Positions 12,108 to 23,412 of a stretch of 43,139 nucleotides of DNA are shown one piece after another. The stretch's first letter is position 1. Each line of letters begins with the position of its first letter. Source of the DNA: Nemertoderma westbladi. Its lineage: Eukaryota > Animalia > Xenacoelomorpha. The stretch is taken from NCBI GenBank assembly GCA_032718475.1, contig JAUCBJ010003560.1:1-43139 (forward strand). The letters run 5' to 3'. A model generated the notes under the pieces. It did not search any database. It worked only from the letters and a program-made list of their open reading frames with translations, and was not told where the DNA came from. The position numbers and the translations under genes are program-made.

Positions 12108-13674
12108 GAAAAATATCGAGAGTAAAAATAACGAGAGTAAAAATAACGAGTGTTGAAAATTAACGTGATTAAAAAATATCGAGAGTAAAAATAACGCGAG
12201 ATGAAAAATATCGAAAATACCGAGCGTTGAAAAATATCGAGTGTTGAAAAATATCGAGAGTAAAAATATCGAGTGTTGAAAAATATCGAGAGTAAAAATA
12301 TCGAGTGTTGAAAAATATCGAGTGTTGAAAAATATAGAAAGTAAAAATATCGAGAGTAAAAATATCGAGTGTTGAAAAATATCGAGAGTAAAAATATCGA
12401 GTGTTGAAAAATATCGAGTGTTGAAAAATATCGAGTGTTGAAAAATATCGAGAGTAAAAATATCGAGTGTTGAAAAATATCGAAAGTAAAAATATCGAGA
12501 GTTGAAAAATATCGAGAGTAAAAATATCGAGTGTTGAAAAATATCGAGAGTAAAAATATCGAGTGTTGAAAAATATCGAGTGTTGAAAAATATCGAGAGT
12601 AAAAATATCGAGTGTTGAAAAATATCGAGAGTAAAAATATCGAGTGTTGAAAAATATCGAGAGTAAAAATATCGAGTGTTGAAAAATATCGAGAGTAAAA
12701 ATATCGAGTGTTGAAAAATATCGAGTGTTGAAAAATATCGAGTGTTGAAAAATATCGAGTGTTTAAATATTATAAATATTGTTAAATCTTATACTGTATT
12801 AGAACACGTACTGTATAAGCTACCAAATGTTGATAAATATTGTTGTTCTAGAACATTTTTAGTAAAAAAATTATCATACAACCCTTATTTAAAACAATTT
12901 TTACTATCGATATTTTTACTCTCGATATTTTTCAACATTCTATATTTTTTATCGAGTGTTGAAAAATATCGAGTGTTGAAAAATATCGAGTGTTGAAAAA
13001 TATCGAGTGTTGAAAAATATCGAGAGTAAAAATATTGCATTTTGCTTGATCATTTTATTTAGAATTATGGAACAATATTGCAGTGCATGGGTTACAACAG
13101 TGCAAGTGCAAGTGAATGGCATTATGTAATACACCTTGGGTACCCATTTACCAGATTTATTATACTAGCTACAGTAGTTTTTGCTATTTTTTTAATAAAT
13201 ATTATAAAATAAGTGCTAGCTATAAATTTTGATAAATATTATAAATATTGTTAAATCTTATACTGTATTAGAACACGTACTGTATAAGCTACCAAATGTT
13301 GATAAATATTGTTGTTCTAGAACATTTTTAGTAAAAAAATTATCATACAACCCTTATTTAAAACAATTTTTACTATCGATATTTTTACTCTCGATATTTT
13401 TCAACATTCTATATTTTTCAACACTCGATATTTTTACTCTCGATATTTTTCAACATTCTATATTTTTCAACACTCGATATTTTTACTCTCGATATTTTTC
13501 AACACTCGATATTTTTCAACACTCGATACTTTTCAACACTCGATATTTTTACTCTCGATATTTTTCAACACTCGATATTTTTCAACACTCGATATTTTTA
13601 CGCTCGATATTTTTCAACACTCGATATTTTTACTCTCGATATTTTTCAACACTCGATATTTTTACTCTCGATAT
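12108..13674. mobile_element. Foldback-like element: inverted arrays of 15/17-bp units (gagagtaaaaatatc / gagtgttgaaaaatatc) with an internal ~185-bp direct duplication
   Basis: Forward array 12108-12761 and reverse array 13368-13674, with short opposed arrays at 12897-13035. 12765-12950 is duplicated at 13235-13420. Confidence 0.8.
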
Positions 13675-14560
13675 TGTACAGTAATTACTAATTACACACA
13701 ATAAACCTGCGTATTCAATTAATTATTCGTGTAATATAAACAAATAAATTTCACCCATAACACCAAAAATAAATACATGGCGCATAAATAAGTCGGCGTT
13801 GTTGCATAGCAATCCCCGGCACAACATATTATTTTTAGTTGATTGAATCTCAACCATTGAATTAGCATATTAAGATTATGTTCCCTTACCTTAGGCTGAT
13901 GGTGTGGAGAATTCAGAATTTTTTTTTACTAAGTAACGCATTTTATCTTTTCTTTTACTAAAATATATACTAATATACTCTAAACTGCATCTAATCTACT
14001 CCTTGGAGAGGCGCAGGGGTAGGGGTGGGGAGCGTAATCTACAGTAATTATATATGTGTGTAGAAAATTATAGAGAAATTGTCCCAAACATGTCCGACGT
14101 ATAAACTGTAATATGTTATTGCGTAAACCAACCGTATACATATTGTATGACTGGTACCATACCAGAAGAAAAATATTTGTTCCGTTTTTGCACAATAATT
14201 ATTTAACTTGATGCCACAACAGTAATATTGTGACCTAATGTATATCACTGTCTGGATGTCAGTGCCATCACTTTCAAAGCAAATATTTTTTAAGGACATC
14301 CCTAACTAGACCATAGCCGGGCTGTCACGGCTACACAGCTACAATATGAGATATATTCGAATCGAAATCACTATTGATATACTTTAGCTTGCTTAGGTAG
14401 ATAATACGGTATGTAGATAATTTATTTTAATTTCTTATAAAGTAGTGCAGCTAAGTTCTAGCTCTGCAAATTTTTAGGTTTTTTGGTTATAAATTAAAGT
14501 GAAACTTTTTAATCCAAATAATACTGCAATTATTTATCTGATTTATTTAAGTTGTTCAAG

Positions 14561-14612
14561 ATGCTGATCATATTCGGTTTGCTACTTTTGGTTACCCATG
14601 AAGTCTTAGCAG
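14561..14612 (+). CDS. Exon 1 (signal peptide) of the secreted triple-domain protein
   Basis: ATG-MLIIFGLLLLVTHEVLA-G|gtattg is a hydrophobic signal peptide ending in V-L-A. Its phase-1 donor is compatible with the phase-1 acceptor tatag|GA at 15315/15316. Confidence 0.7.
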
Positions 14613-15006
14613 GTATTGTTTTCTTTTAACATTATTATTATTAAGTTGTTTTAAGGCCTATTTCACTGTATTTGATGTTAGCATCGCATAGTGACAGGAT
14701 AATTGTCCCCTCGGGCAATTACCAAAGTAGGGCAATTATTAATAATTGCCAGCGGAAAAATTTCAAATAATATGAAACGTCGTTCCTGACTAGCAATAAG
14801 TTAGTCAAGTTTCCACATTGTTACAACATTAAACCAAATTTATATAGCCTCAATGTCCGTTTCATATATTTTAATTTAAGGGCATTCGTTCCGAAACATA
14901 AACTCGCATAGCCCCCATGCAGGGATCTTAGCCACGACTTCCTGCAGATGAGATTTAAGGCAACAGGCTACGGCAAAGGTATGATAAAAATGCAGGATAT
15001 TGTTTT

Positions 15007-15247
15007 CGACGTGAGGACCAGCCAGTGCATAATCTTGTACTTTGGCAGCCCCATGGAGTGAATAAGCACGGTGGACAGCCCATGACTTTCTTGAGACGCA
15101 TCTTAAAGGACACTGGCCTTGAAGATGCGGATGATCTAGCAAATGTCATGGGTCATAGAAAGTTGTGGCGGCACAATTTTGTCGACAAGCCGGCACAGCA
15201 TTCTTAAAAATGCAGCTGCAATGCAGCATGCCTATCCTAGTAGTAGT
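15007..15247 (+). mobile_element. RTE LINE 3' fragment (second copy), intronic
   Basis: Highly similar to the reverse complement of 1771-2010; ends cctagtagtagta. Confidence 0.8.
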
Positions 15248-15315
15248 ATGATTAATATCGAATAAGCTTTCTCCATCAAGTTTAATTCCGGTTTAAATTT
15301 ATTCCTTATGTATAG

Positions 15316-16611
15316 GAACGGGAACATTCGAAGAACGCTCTGGTAAATTCATTATACCTGTGAATTTCAAAAGTAAAGTTGTTAATGACCACGAGAAAAA
15401 GTGTAATTACAAGGTTACACCAGTTTATCCTTTCTCTGATGATGAAATGCGGAGAATAATAGATGCGGCTGATTATTGTGAACAAGAAATAGCTGTAAAT
15501 AGTGTTGAGGTAGCTTCAGTAGATCTGTGCTGGTACGACGGGAATAATGGCGAACATGGATTCAAAGATTGGCTCAAGCGAAATGGCGATTGTCACCAGA
15601 GTAACAATTATTGCACCGAAACGATTCTTATTAAAGAGAAACATTTACTGCCGGTAAAGAGTTTGGGTTTAGGAGACACGGGGCATTCTAAGGAGCGAAT
15701 CTCATGGGAGCAAATTGGCAATATTGAGTGCTCGTTCCAAAGTTGGATTGCTATTCCCGCGGAAATATCGAGTCACACAATTACTGGAGAGGAAGCCAAG
15801 TGTGGCTATCCTGTGAATGTCCGATATACCGACGAAGCTTGGTGTATGAAATACATTACTGACTTGGCTGATCTCTGCGTCCAGAACATCGGGATAACTT
15901 CGACCTTAGTGATGTCCGGAGATAATTGTTTTGTTACCAAGGAGCTCAAGGATGACTACAGTGTAGAAACTGTCGAAACAAATTTTGTTGATGTTGAAGC
16001 AAAGATGTGTGATCAGTCGACTAGTGAATGCACACAATACATTCTCAATATTGATAAAGCCCCGATAGTGGAGTTACGACTTGGAGACACAGGGAACAAC
16101 GGGGAAGTCATCAGGAAAGAGTTTGTCAGCCCAATGTATTGTAAACCGCGTGACATACCTTCTACACTGGATCAAAAGGTCACGTTTAAGGCAGATCTCC
16201 ATGAGAATAGTGTGGAATATAATGGAATAGAATGGAAAGGAAAAAAAATGTGGCTACGATGTAAATGTTGATTACGAGCGTCCCGTCAAAGACATTGCTG
16301 AGGAGATGAATGCCTTACTGCATTCGGGGCAGAATTATTTTTGTTATCAAACGATTGTACTTCAATCGATAAAGGCAGCATCTGTGGATCAATGTTGGTT
16401 TGGATATGATAATGTGAAACACAATTTTAAGAATGAGAAAAAAATGGAATGTAATCAGAGTTCGAGTTATTGCACAGAGATGTTTACCATCACCGCGTCC
16501 GAACAGTTGCCAATAATCAAGCTCGCTTTGGGAGACACTGGTCATTCCTCGGAAGTGATTCGATTTGCGGATGTTAGCGATCTTGTTTGTGAAAGGCTGG
16601 TTGACAACTAA
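15316..16611 (+). CDS. Exon 2 of a ~448-aa secreted protein with three tandem ~130-aa Cys-rich domains (COLFI / Caspr fibrinogen-related-like); a 1-nt frameshift in A8 (16241-16248) joins ORFs 15360..16271 and 16306..16611
   Basis: Three repeats of KC.Y.V...Y ... C.Q.I...S....S.D.C[WF] ... C.QS...CT ... [L]P[IV]..L.LGDTG...E.I......C. Removing one A gives GKKCGYDVNVDY, matching EKKCNYKVTPVY and EAKCGYPVNVRY. Confidence 0.8.
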
Positions 16612-17273
16612 TGTGGGGAGATGGGTAATGTGTGATGGTTGCATCACCTTGTTAATGCACTGATGTTGTATTACCAATTATGTTAGGTTTTGGGTAATCA
16701 TTTAAAAAACTCAATTTCTTTGGCTAGTAAATTTAATGAAAAATTATCTTTTAGTACTGCTGTACAGTATGTACTGTAGAGTTGGTGATGGACGATTGCA
16801 GTTCAGATTCAGATTATGATAACAACTGTAACTAAATCTGTTTCTATTACATTTAAGAAGAATTCATTGCAAAATAGATTAGAATTGAGATGAGGCGAAT
16901 CGGAATAAACAGCCCTAACCCCCCCCCCCCCCCCCCCCCCCCCAACAGACTGTGGAGTTCCAAAACCTTCTTTTGAATCCAATGAACCCCACCCCCCTAG
17001 GTTTTTAATGACTACTGTAACGTAAGAATAGTCGAATAACAACAACATATTACGATTAGGCCTACGAATCGAATATATACCAACTATTTCCTTCAGTGTT
17101 GTAGTCCATAACTTGTTATAATATTAGGCATGGACAAGTTTCGTCCTGATCACGTAAGCTGCGGGTGAAGTCTAAAAGTACCTATTTGGAAATTGCTAGA
17201 CTCTGACGGCGTCTTGATAAATATTAATATTACTGTATTATTATTGTTTAATTAAGAAAATAATGGTAGACAG

Positions 17274-18077
17274 CTGCAGTAATGTAACATTGCCCCAGGT
17301 TGATTTTTTCAATCTATTTAACTGGCCAATTAGCACAGACGTGTTCTATCTTTCTAAAAGTACCCAATGCTTCCTGACTGCCAAAACTTTATTATACTGT
17401 ATATTTCGTAAAACTTTATTGTACTTTATAATACCTGCACTTTATTGTATTATATTATTATGTAGTTGAAATATCAAAGGTAATTTTTAAAATATCAAGT
17501 TGATTGTAAAAAAATTCGCATCCATTGGAACAAAGTTCGCAGTTGAACTAAGGCCTTTGGAACAAATTTCCCGTAACCAGCCTAGGCCGGTTACGCGAAC
17601 TTTGTTCCAATGGGAGTAGTTCAATTGCGAACTTTGTTCCAATAGAGGCGAACATTGTTCCAATGGTTGCGAACTTTGTGTTCCAACAGATACAAACTTT
17701 GTTCCAATAGAGGCGAACACTGTTCCAATAGTTGGGAACTTTGTTCCAATGGTTGCAAACTTTGTGTTCCAATAGATGCAAACTTTGTTCCAATAGATGC
17801 GAAACATTGTTCCAATAGTTGGGAACTTTGTTCCAATGGTTGCGAACGAGTTCCAATGAATGCAAACTTTGTTACAATCAACTTGACATTTTAAAATTAC
17901 CTATCATATTTCAACTACATAATAATATAATATAATAAAGTATTACTCAATACATAATAAAGTTTTGGCAGTCAGGAAGCATTGGGTACTTTTAGAAAGA
18001 TAAGGAACGCGTCTGTGCTAATTGGCCAGTTAAATAGATTGAAAAAATTAACCCGGGGCAATGTTACACTACTGCAG
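17274..18077. mobile_element. MITE with ~210-245-bp TIRs and an internal array of ~21-23-bp ttgttccaat units
   Basis: ctgcagtaatgtaacattgcccc...aaaagtacccaatgcttcctgactgccaaaactttatt...tgtagttgaaatat is mirrored at 17867-18077. Tandem units at 17598-17875 generate the spurious overlapping ORFs. Confidence 0.85.
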
Positions 18078-19170
18078 GCTCATTCCATGAAAAGGTCACC
18101 CTCCCCACTAATTTCTAAAAATGAGATATGGCTTTGATTTTATACTTATTTTAGGTCAAAATTTATCATACTTCACGAATTCTGTGGTAAAAAATGCATC
18201 AACAAAGGTGGTTTCTCAAAAATATTCGAATTACAAATTAAGCAGCTGCTCTGCTCAAAAGGTTAATAAAAATCTGCAAAAGTTTCGTTTGCTGTAGGCG
18301 CTTCCTATGATTAAATAACATTTGTGTGCATGACGTACCAAATTAAAACAAACCCATTTTTTTTGGTTTCACTTAATTTGACGAGTGTTTCATTCCACTG
18401 GGAATGAAATAAATAAAGTTAGGCATCTGATGTCCCACTTTACCAAAAATAGCGAAAATTTTAATTTATACACAGAGAAGTAACTCAGCCTAATCACCCA
18501 GTGGAATGCAAAGCACGTTTGTGTTGCGTCATCCTTATGAAACAATTAGTTTCATCAGAATTGTGATGGCGGCCAATTGAAAGTTGTCCCATACTTTACC
18601 ATTAAAATGGCGATTACATTAGTACACTAGCTGTGTTAATGTACTATGTGAAGCCAGGAGTGTTATATTGCTTCAAGGTGATATTTGGTCGTAAGAATCA
18701 TTCCTCTGTCAACTAATCTTTGGGTTTATGCATTTAAAGTCCCGTACTTTACAATAAGTAGGCTATCCCAAAATAGAGTTTTTTTTAGCAGATAATGTCA
18801 GTAAGTAGGGGAGTGTAAGGAGGGTTGAACCAAAATTTAGAAAAAATTATTTATTCTGTTCCACATCGTAGCTTCAGGCTGAAATTGCACAATAAATACA
18901 TAAAACAATCTATTCAGCATCTATTGGAATACATATTAATGTCTAAGGTGCCAAAATCACGTATTTTATGACCGAGAAATAAGCGTTTTCCCGAGCCTAC
19001 AGTAGTTTTCTGTCTGTGAACATCTTCCAACTCTGCCTCTACCGTTATATACCATTTTTCATCCACGGGTTGACAAGAAAGTAACAATGAAACAAAATAG
19101 TCAATTAGTCCTACTAAACATCATCTATAGGCCTACCTGTAGATAAATATCCAGAACAACCAATAGGAAA

Positions 19171-19909
19171 ATGGTTCAACCTTCCTACCCATCCATCCGG
19201 AGTGGTTCAACCCTCCTACCAATCCATCCGGAATGGTTCAACCATCCTACCCATCCATCCGGAATGGTTCAACCCTCCTACCAATCCATCCGGAGTGGTT
19301 CAACCCTCCTACCCATCCATCCGGAGTGGTTCAACCCTCCTACCCATCCATCCGGAATGGTTCAACCATCCTACCCATCCATCCGGAATGGTTCAACCCT
19401 CCTACCAATCCATCCGGAGTGGTTCAACCCTCCTACCCATCCATCCGGAGTGGTTTAACCCTCCTACCCATCCATCCGGAGTGGTTCAACCCTCCTACCC
19501 ATCCATCCGGAATGGTTCAACCATCCTACCCGTCCATCCGGAATGGTTCAACCATCCTACCCATCCATCCGGAGTGGTTCAACCCTCCTACCCATCCATC
19601 CGGAATGGTTCAACCATCCTACCCGTCCATCCGAAATGGTTCAACCCTCCTACCCATCCATCCGGAGTGGTTCAACCCTCCTACCCATCCATCCGTAATG
19701 GTTCAACCATCCTACCCATCCATCCGGAGTGGTTCAACCCTCCTACCCATCCATCCGGAATGGTTCAACCATCCTACCCGTCCATCCGAAATGGTTCAAC
19801 CCTCCTACCCATCCATCCGGAGTGGTTCAACCCTCCTACCCATCCATCCGTAATGGTTCAACCATCCTACCCGTCCATCCGGAATGGTTCAACCATGATA
19901 CCCGTCCAT
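19171..19909. repeat. 31-bp minisatellite, ~24 copies (atggttcaaccctcctacccatccatccgga)
   Basis: Direct inspection. The unit has no + strand stop codon, which gives repetitive ORFs in all three frames. An inverted motif ggagggttgaacca lies at ~18818. Confidence 0.97.
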
Positions 19910-21381
19910 TGATTCAAGCCTCCCACACTACTCCATTTTTTGAAAAATGCATTGTGTACGAAAAGTGCAAACCAGTGACGTAATCATCCATACCTAATTT
20001 TGAATCTGATTAATTTCTCCATCAGAAACGTATCACATTTATTGGTGAATTGTCATATCATTTAAATAGGAGGGATCCAAAACGGAGGTATCAGTTCTAG
20101 AAAACAGGTGGCAATCCAAAGTATACTTTCCTTCATAGCAAAGCAGAATGTAGGCGAGAGTTGGACTAAATACAACAGTAGGAGCAGTATCAAAATATGG
20201 CTATAATGGCACGGTAAAGTGTAAGAGTCCCCTCCCCAGTCCTATTACACTTTACCGTGCCATTATAGCAATAGGTGGCACGGCAAACTGTAAGAGAGCC
20301 GAGCAGTTTATACGTAATTGTCTCTCTAATAGTGAATCCATGGGAACGCCAAACCCAAGCGTTCTCCTTTAAATTGCATCCCCACTAGTGCTCTCCCCTA
20401 CTGTAATTGATACGATTTCAGAAACTGTAAGTTTAATAGTTTATCCCGTGTACTGCAGTTGTAGTCACAGTAGTGTCAGTGCGTACCAGTAGTCGTCGAT
20501 GTTTTGTTCAATTATTTCATCAATGATTGGCTGACTAATTTCGGTTTTTATCAAAAGTGTGAAACTGTCCACAACAACAGACAGACTGTCTAATATTTGA
20601 CCAAAGCTCAGATTCTTTCTAAACTTTTGACAGACTGCATTACGTACCAAGCTTGGTTTAATTTCATCAATAAATAAATGACTGAGTTCTTAGCGATCAA
20701 ATATTAGACAGTGACAGACAACCACAACTCGTCAATGGTACCTTAAGACTCGCTCGCTTCTTTAAGACTTCGCTCACTTTGTGTCTCTCCCCACATTTTG
20801 CATCCACATCTTGGTTGAAAATACTTAGTTGCACTTTATTATTACTAATTGTGCGGGCATTAATGTTAGATTAATTAAGTGTAAGAGACCATTTCGACCT
20901 TAAAATTCGTACAGGTCCCGTACTTTTGCAATGTCGCCAATATCCCCTACTTTCCCATACAAACCTCGCTGTAAAAAATTAGCGATGTACTGTAGCTTTT
21001 CTTCTGATATTTATATTTTTATTTAAACTTAATACTGTAATACAGCTTTATACCTGCGCACAATTCGCTAAACTTTAGAATTGAAATTATAAATTAAATA
21101 AAACCATTTCGTAGGATCCGTACTTTACCTTGATTCTTAAATAGACAAGCTAGTGTTTTCTCAAAAGTCACAGAATCCCTCCATAATCTCAGCGAAATCA
21201 AAGCTGAAATTCGAAAGTTTAATCCAAGCACAATTTTGTGCACATATGTGCTGTGCTGTGCTTAACATTGTACAGGCAATCCTTCAAAGTTCAAAATAGT
21301 GTACGACTGTCCTGTACTTTACGTTCAGTTTTCTAATATTACGGAATGACGCCCGGCGTGGTGTGGTTGCCATATAAGTTT

Positions 21382-21591
21382 TTGAAAGGACGTAGGGCTT
21401 AAGGGGTCTTAACACCACGAGTTAAAATAAATCTGTTCTAAATTGGTATGTATCTTTTTTAAAATAATTGTATTGCTTTAACATTTTATATATTAGCCCT
21501 GAAGAAGCCCGTGAGGGTGAAACGACTGTCGGCAAACTCTATTTATTTTAACTCGTGGTGTTAAGACCCCTTAAGCCCTACGTCCTTTCAA
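21382..21591 (+). mobile_element. Penelope-like (PLE) pseudo-LTR relic: perfect 51-bp inverted repeat enclosing a hammerhead motif
   Basis: 21382-21432 is the exact reverse complement of 21541-21591. The hammerhead lies immediately 5' of the right arm. Confidence 0.7.
21496..21533 (+). ncRNA. Minimal type I hammerhead ribozyme
   Basis: GCC-CUGAAGA-A-GCCC(GUGA)GGGU-GAAA-C(GACU)GUC-GGC. Stem I is GCC/GGC, the core CUGANGA and GAAA are present, stem II has a GNRA loop, stem III is 2 bp, and the GUC cleavage triplet ends at 21530. Confidence 0.8.
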
Positions 21592-22752
21592 GTACTTTAC
21601 TTTGGAATGAGCCTGCATAAACTGTATCTTCTTAATTAATAAAGATGCCGTCAGGGTGTAGCAATTTTCAAATAGGTACTATCAGACTTCACCCGTGTCC
21701 TGATCACTAAGGTGATCAGGACGAAACTTGTCGATTCTCTATAAAGTGCATCCCACACACTGTATACAGTACACCATACTGTATATCTCGCCTCACACTT
21801 TATTCACACTCACGCCTCTATTCTGAAAGTTATGGACTACCAAGCCACAGTGTTACTAGTTGTGGCTATGTGGGAATAAAGTGATCAATAATTTAGACGA
21901 AAACTGTAAAATATCGATTCAAGTAAACAACGCATCTCCAAAAAGGTTACGTAAAACGTACGTTGTTAATATATATCGATTGTTTTTCTCCACGTTCCCG
22001 ACTTCTCTATCCAACACAAACAGATGTCGTTACTGTATCTTAAAAACCTTCCTGACACTGATGAAGTAGTGGGATAGTAGCAGATGGTTGTTGAGTGAAT
22101 ATACCAATGTACAGTAGGAAGAAATCTGAAGTAGAATGATGGATTGGGGGATTGTGTATGGTTGCAGATAAGCAATATAGGTTGGGGACAAATAGTCGTC
22201 GGTATTCCATAGGCGAAGTCACGAGAATAGACCTAGGATAGCCTTGCCGCGTACAATAGGACAAGACAACCGAGTGAAAACGGCCGACAGGGTGGGTGTA
22301 AACAGGGAGACGCGCAAGTTTAAATACTCAACAGTAGGACCAGGAGGGAGATGTAAGGTGGGGGGGATAAGTTTTTTTCTCTATGTCCCTTTAAACTTTG
22401 ATCAACTCTGCTCTAGCTGTATACAATATCAGGGTCAGAGTAATGAGTACAGGAGTTATTATTTGTTTTATTGTTTTATATTGAATTTATGAACAGATAC
22501 ATTATGAAGATGTTTGGAGAGTCAATATTTAATTAAATTAAAAACAAAAAGAACTAATGAACATATTACTGTACGGCTAAATAAAAACAATGAAATACGT
22601 ACCGTTGCCTAGTCGCCATCTAACGGAAGAGAGGCGAACTGCTGAGTCCCTCCAAGCTCGCTTACTTCGTAGCTCGCTCCAGAAATAACAGTCTTTAATG
22701 GATAAAAACTTATAATACATGTCATTCAATACACAACAACATTATACCCGAC

Positions 22753-23412
22753 TCATTCCATACAGTCCTCACACTTTAAGAGATTCCGTCCGTACTCCAT
22801 CCCGAATAACCGACACATATCGCCGACACATTGACAACAACCGTTATGGAACCATCGATAGCTGGATGAACCCATCGAACCACAAGACCTCAGACACTTA
22901 TTAAGCGAGAAACAAACGTTGAAATAGATAACAGAGCACTCGCCGACTTTGGTGTCGTTATCTTCTGGTTTCTGATTTAAACTCATTACGTATTCGTCGT
23001 CTTCGCCTATTCGGTATTTATTCGCGTGCGACGCGTAAATAGGGTATCGAATGGCGCGCCACTTCTCGAAATCGTGGCGCGCCAACGCGTTGAATAGGGT
23101 GGGTACCGGTACCGGAAGATCGTCAACCGAACTCCGCGAGTGGATTACGTATCTCGAGTCATCGTTCTGAGACGGACACATATCGAGACAGGAGCAACAG
23201 GAATCCCACAAATCTTCTCCCACACAGCGCGTGCAGTTCTCGCAACAAGAGCAATCCTTCCTGTAGTCGCATTCGCAAACTTTTAGCAATAAACATTTAC
23301 TGATAGCGGATGCGCACAAGGGTTTATTGCAAGCGTAGACGTAAACAGATGTAACAAAGTAGTAGGCGAGTAATAAGTTTATTACATCCATATTAACTAA
23401 ATGCAATCGCAT
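22753..23412 (-). CDS. tsg: Twisted gastrulation (Tsg/TWSG1, crossveinless family) BMP-binding protein, single coding exon; the start may be the ATG at 23391
   Basis: Signal peptide, then CN...CAS..SKCLL...C.C....CSCC..C..C....W..CCSC...CP, PVPTLFNAL, and C-terminal C.V.YF..C.S.NKC..SC.SMG.SSYRWFHNGCC.CVG..C...G....KC..C. A likely 5'UTR acceptor lies near 23485. Confidence 0.96.
   Translation of the reverse strand: MRLHLVNMDVINLLLAYYFVTSVYVYACNKPLCASAISKCLLLKVCECDYRKDCSCCENCTRCVGEDLWDSCCSCLDMCPSQNDDSRYVIHSRSSVDDLPVPVPTLFNALARHDFEKWRAIRYPIYASHANKYRIGEDDEYVMSLNQKPEDNDTKVGECSVIYFNVCFSLNKCLRSCGSMGSSSYRWFHNGCCQCVGDMCRLFGMEYGRNLLKCEDCME

Larger units (their letters stand above)
17125..21741. mobile_element. 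Putative old TIR element (TAG...CTA termini, Academ-like) of ~4.6 kb containing nested repeats
   Basis: 17125-17216 (taggcatggacaagtttcgtcctgatcac...gggtgaagtct..agtacctatttg.aaattgcta..c.ctgacggc.tctt) is the inverted counterpart of 21642-21741. Flanks are tat/taa (imperfect 3-bp TSD). Confidence 0.5.

Noticed and set aside
12742-13684. Duplicated 84-aa and 151-aa ORFs
   Set aside because: They arise from the foldback element's duplicated spacer and repeat arrays.
19171-19983. Pro-rich repeat proteins in three frames
   Set aside because: By-product of a stop-free 31-bp unit; no signal peptide, splice context or frame preference.
21696-21733. Second hammerhead or HDV-like ribozyme (gtcctgatcac-taag-gtgatcaggac-GAAAC-TT-GTC)
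   Set aside because: A hairpin plus GAAAC..GTC is present, but no CUGANGA precedes the stem and no P2 partner for an HDV fold was found. It is better explained as part of a TIR.
21860-22500. Short ORFs between the hammerhead cassette and tsg
   Set aside because: No convincing motifs; possibly a decayed LINE tail, but not supportable from the sequence alone.
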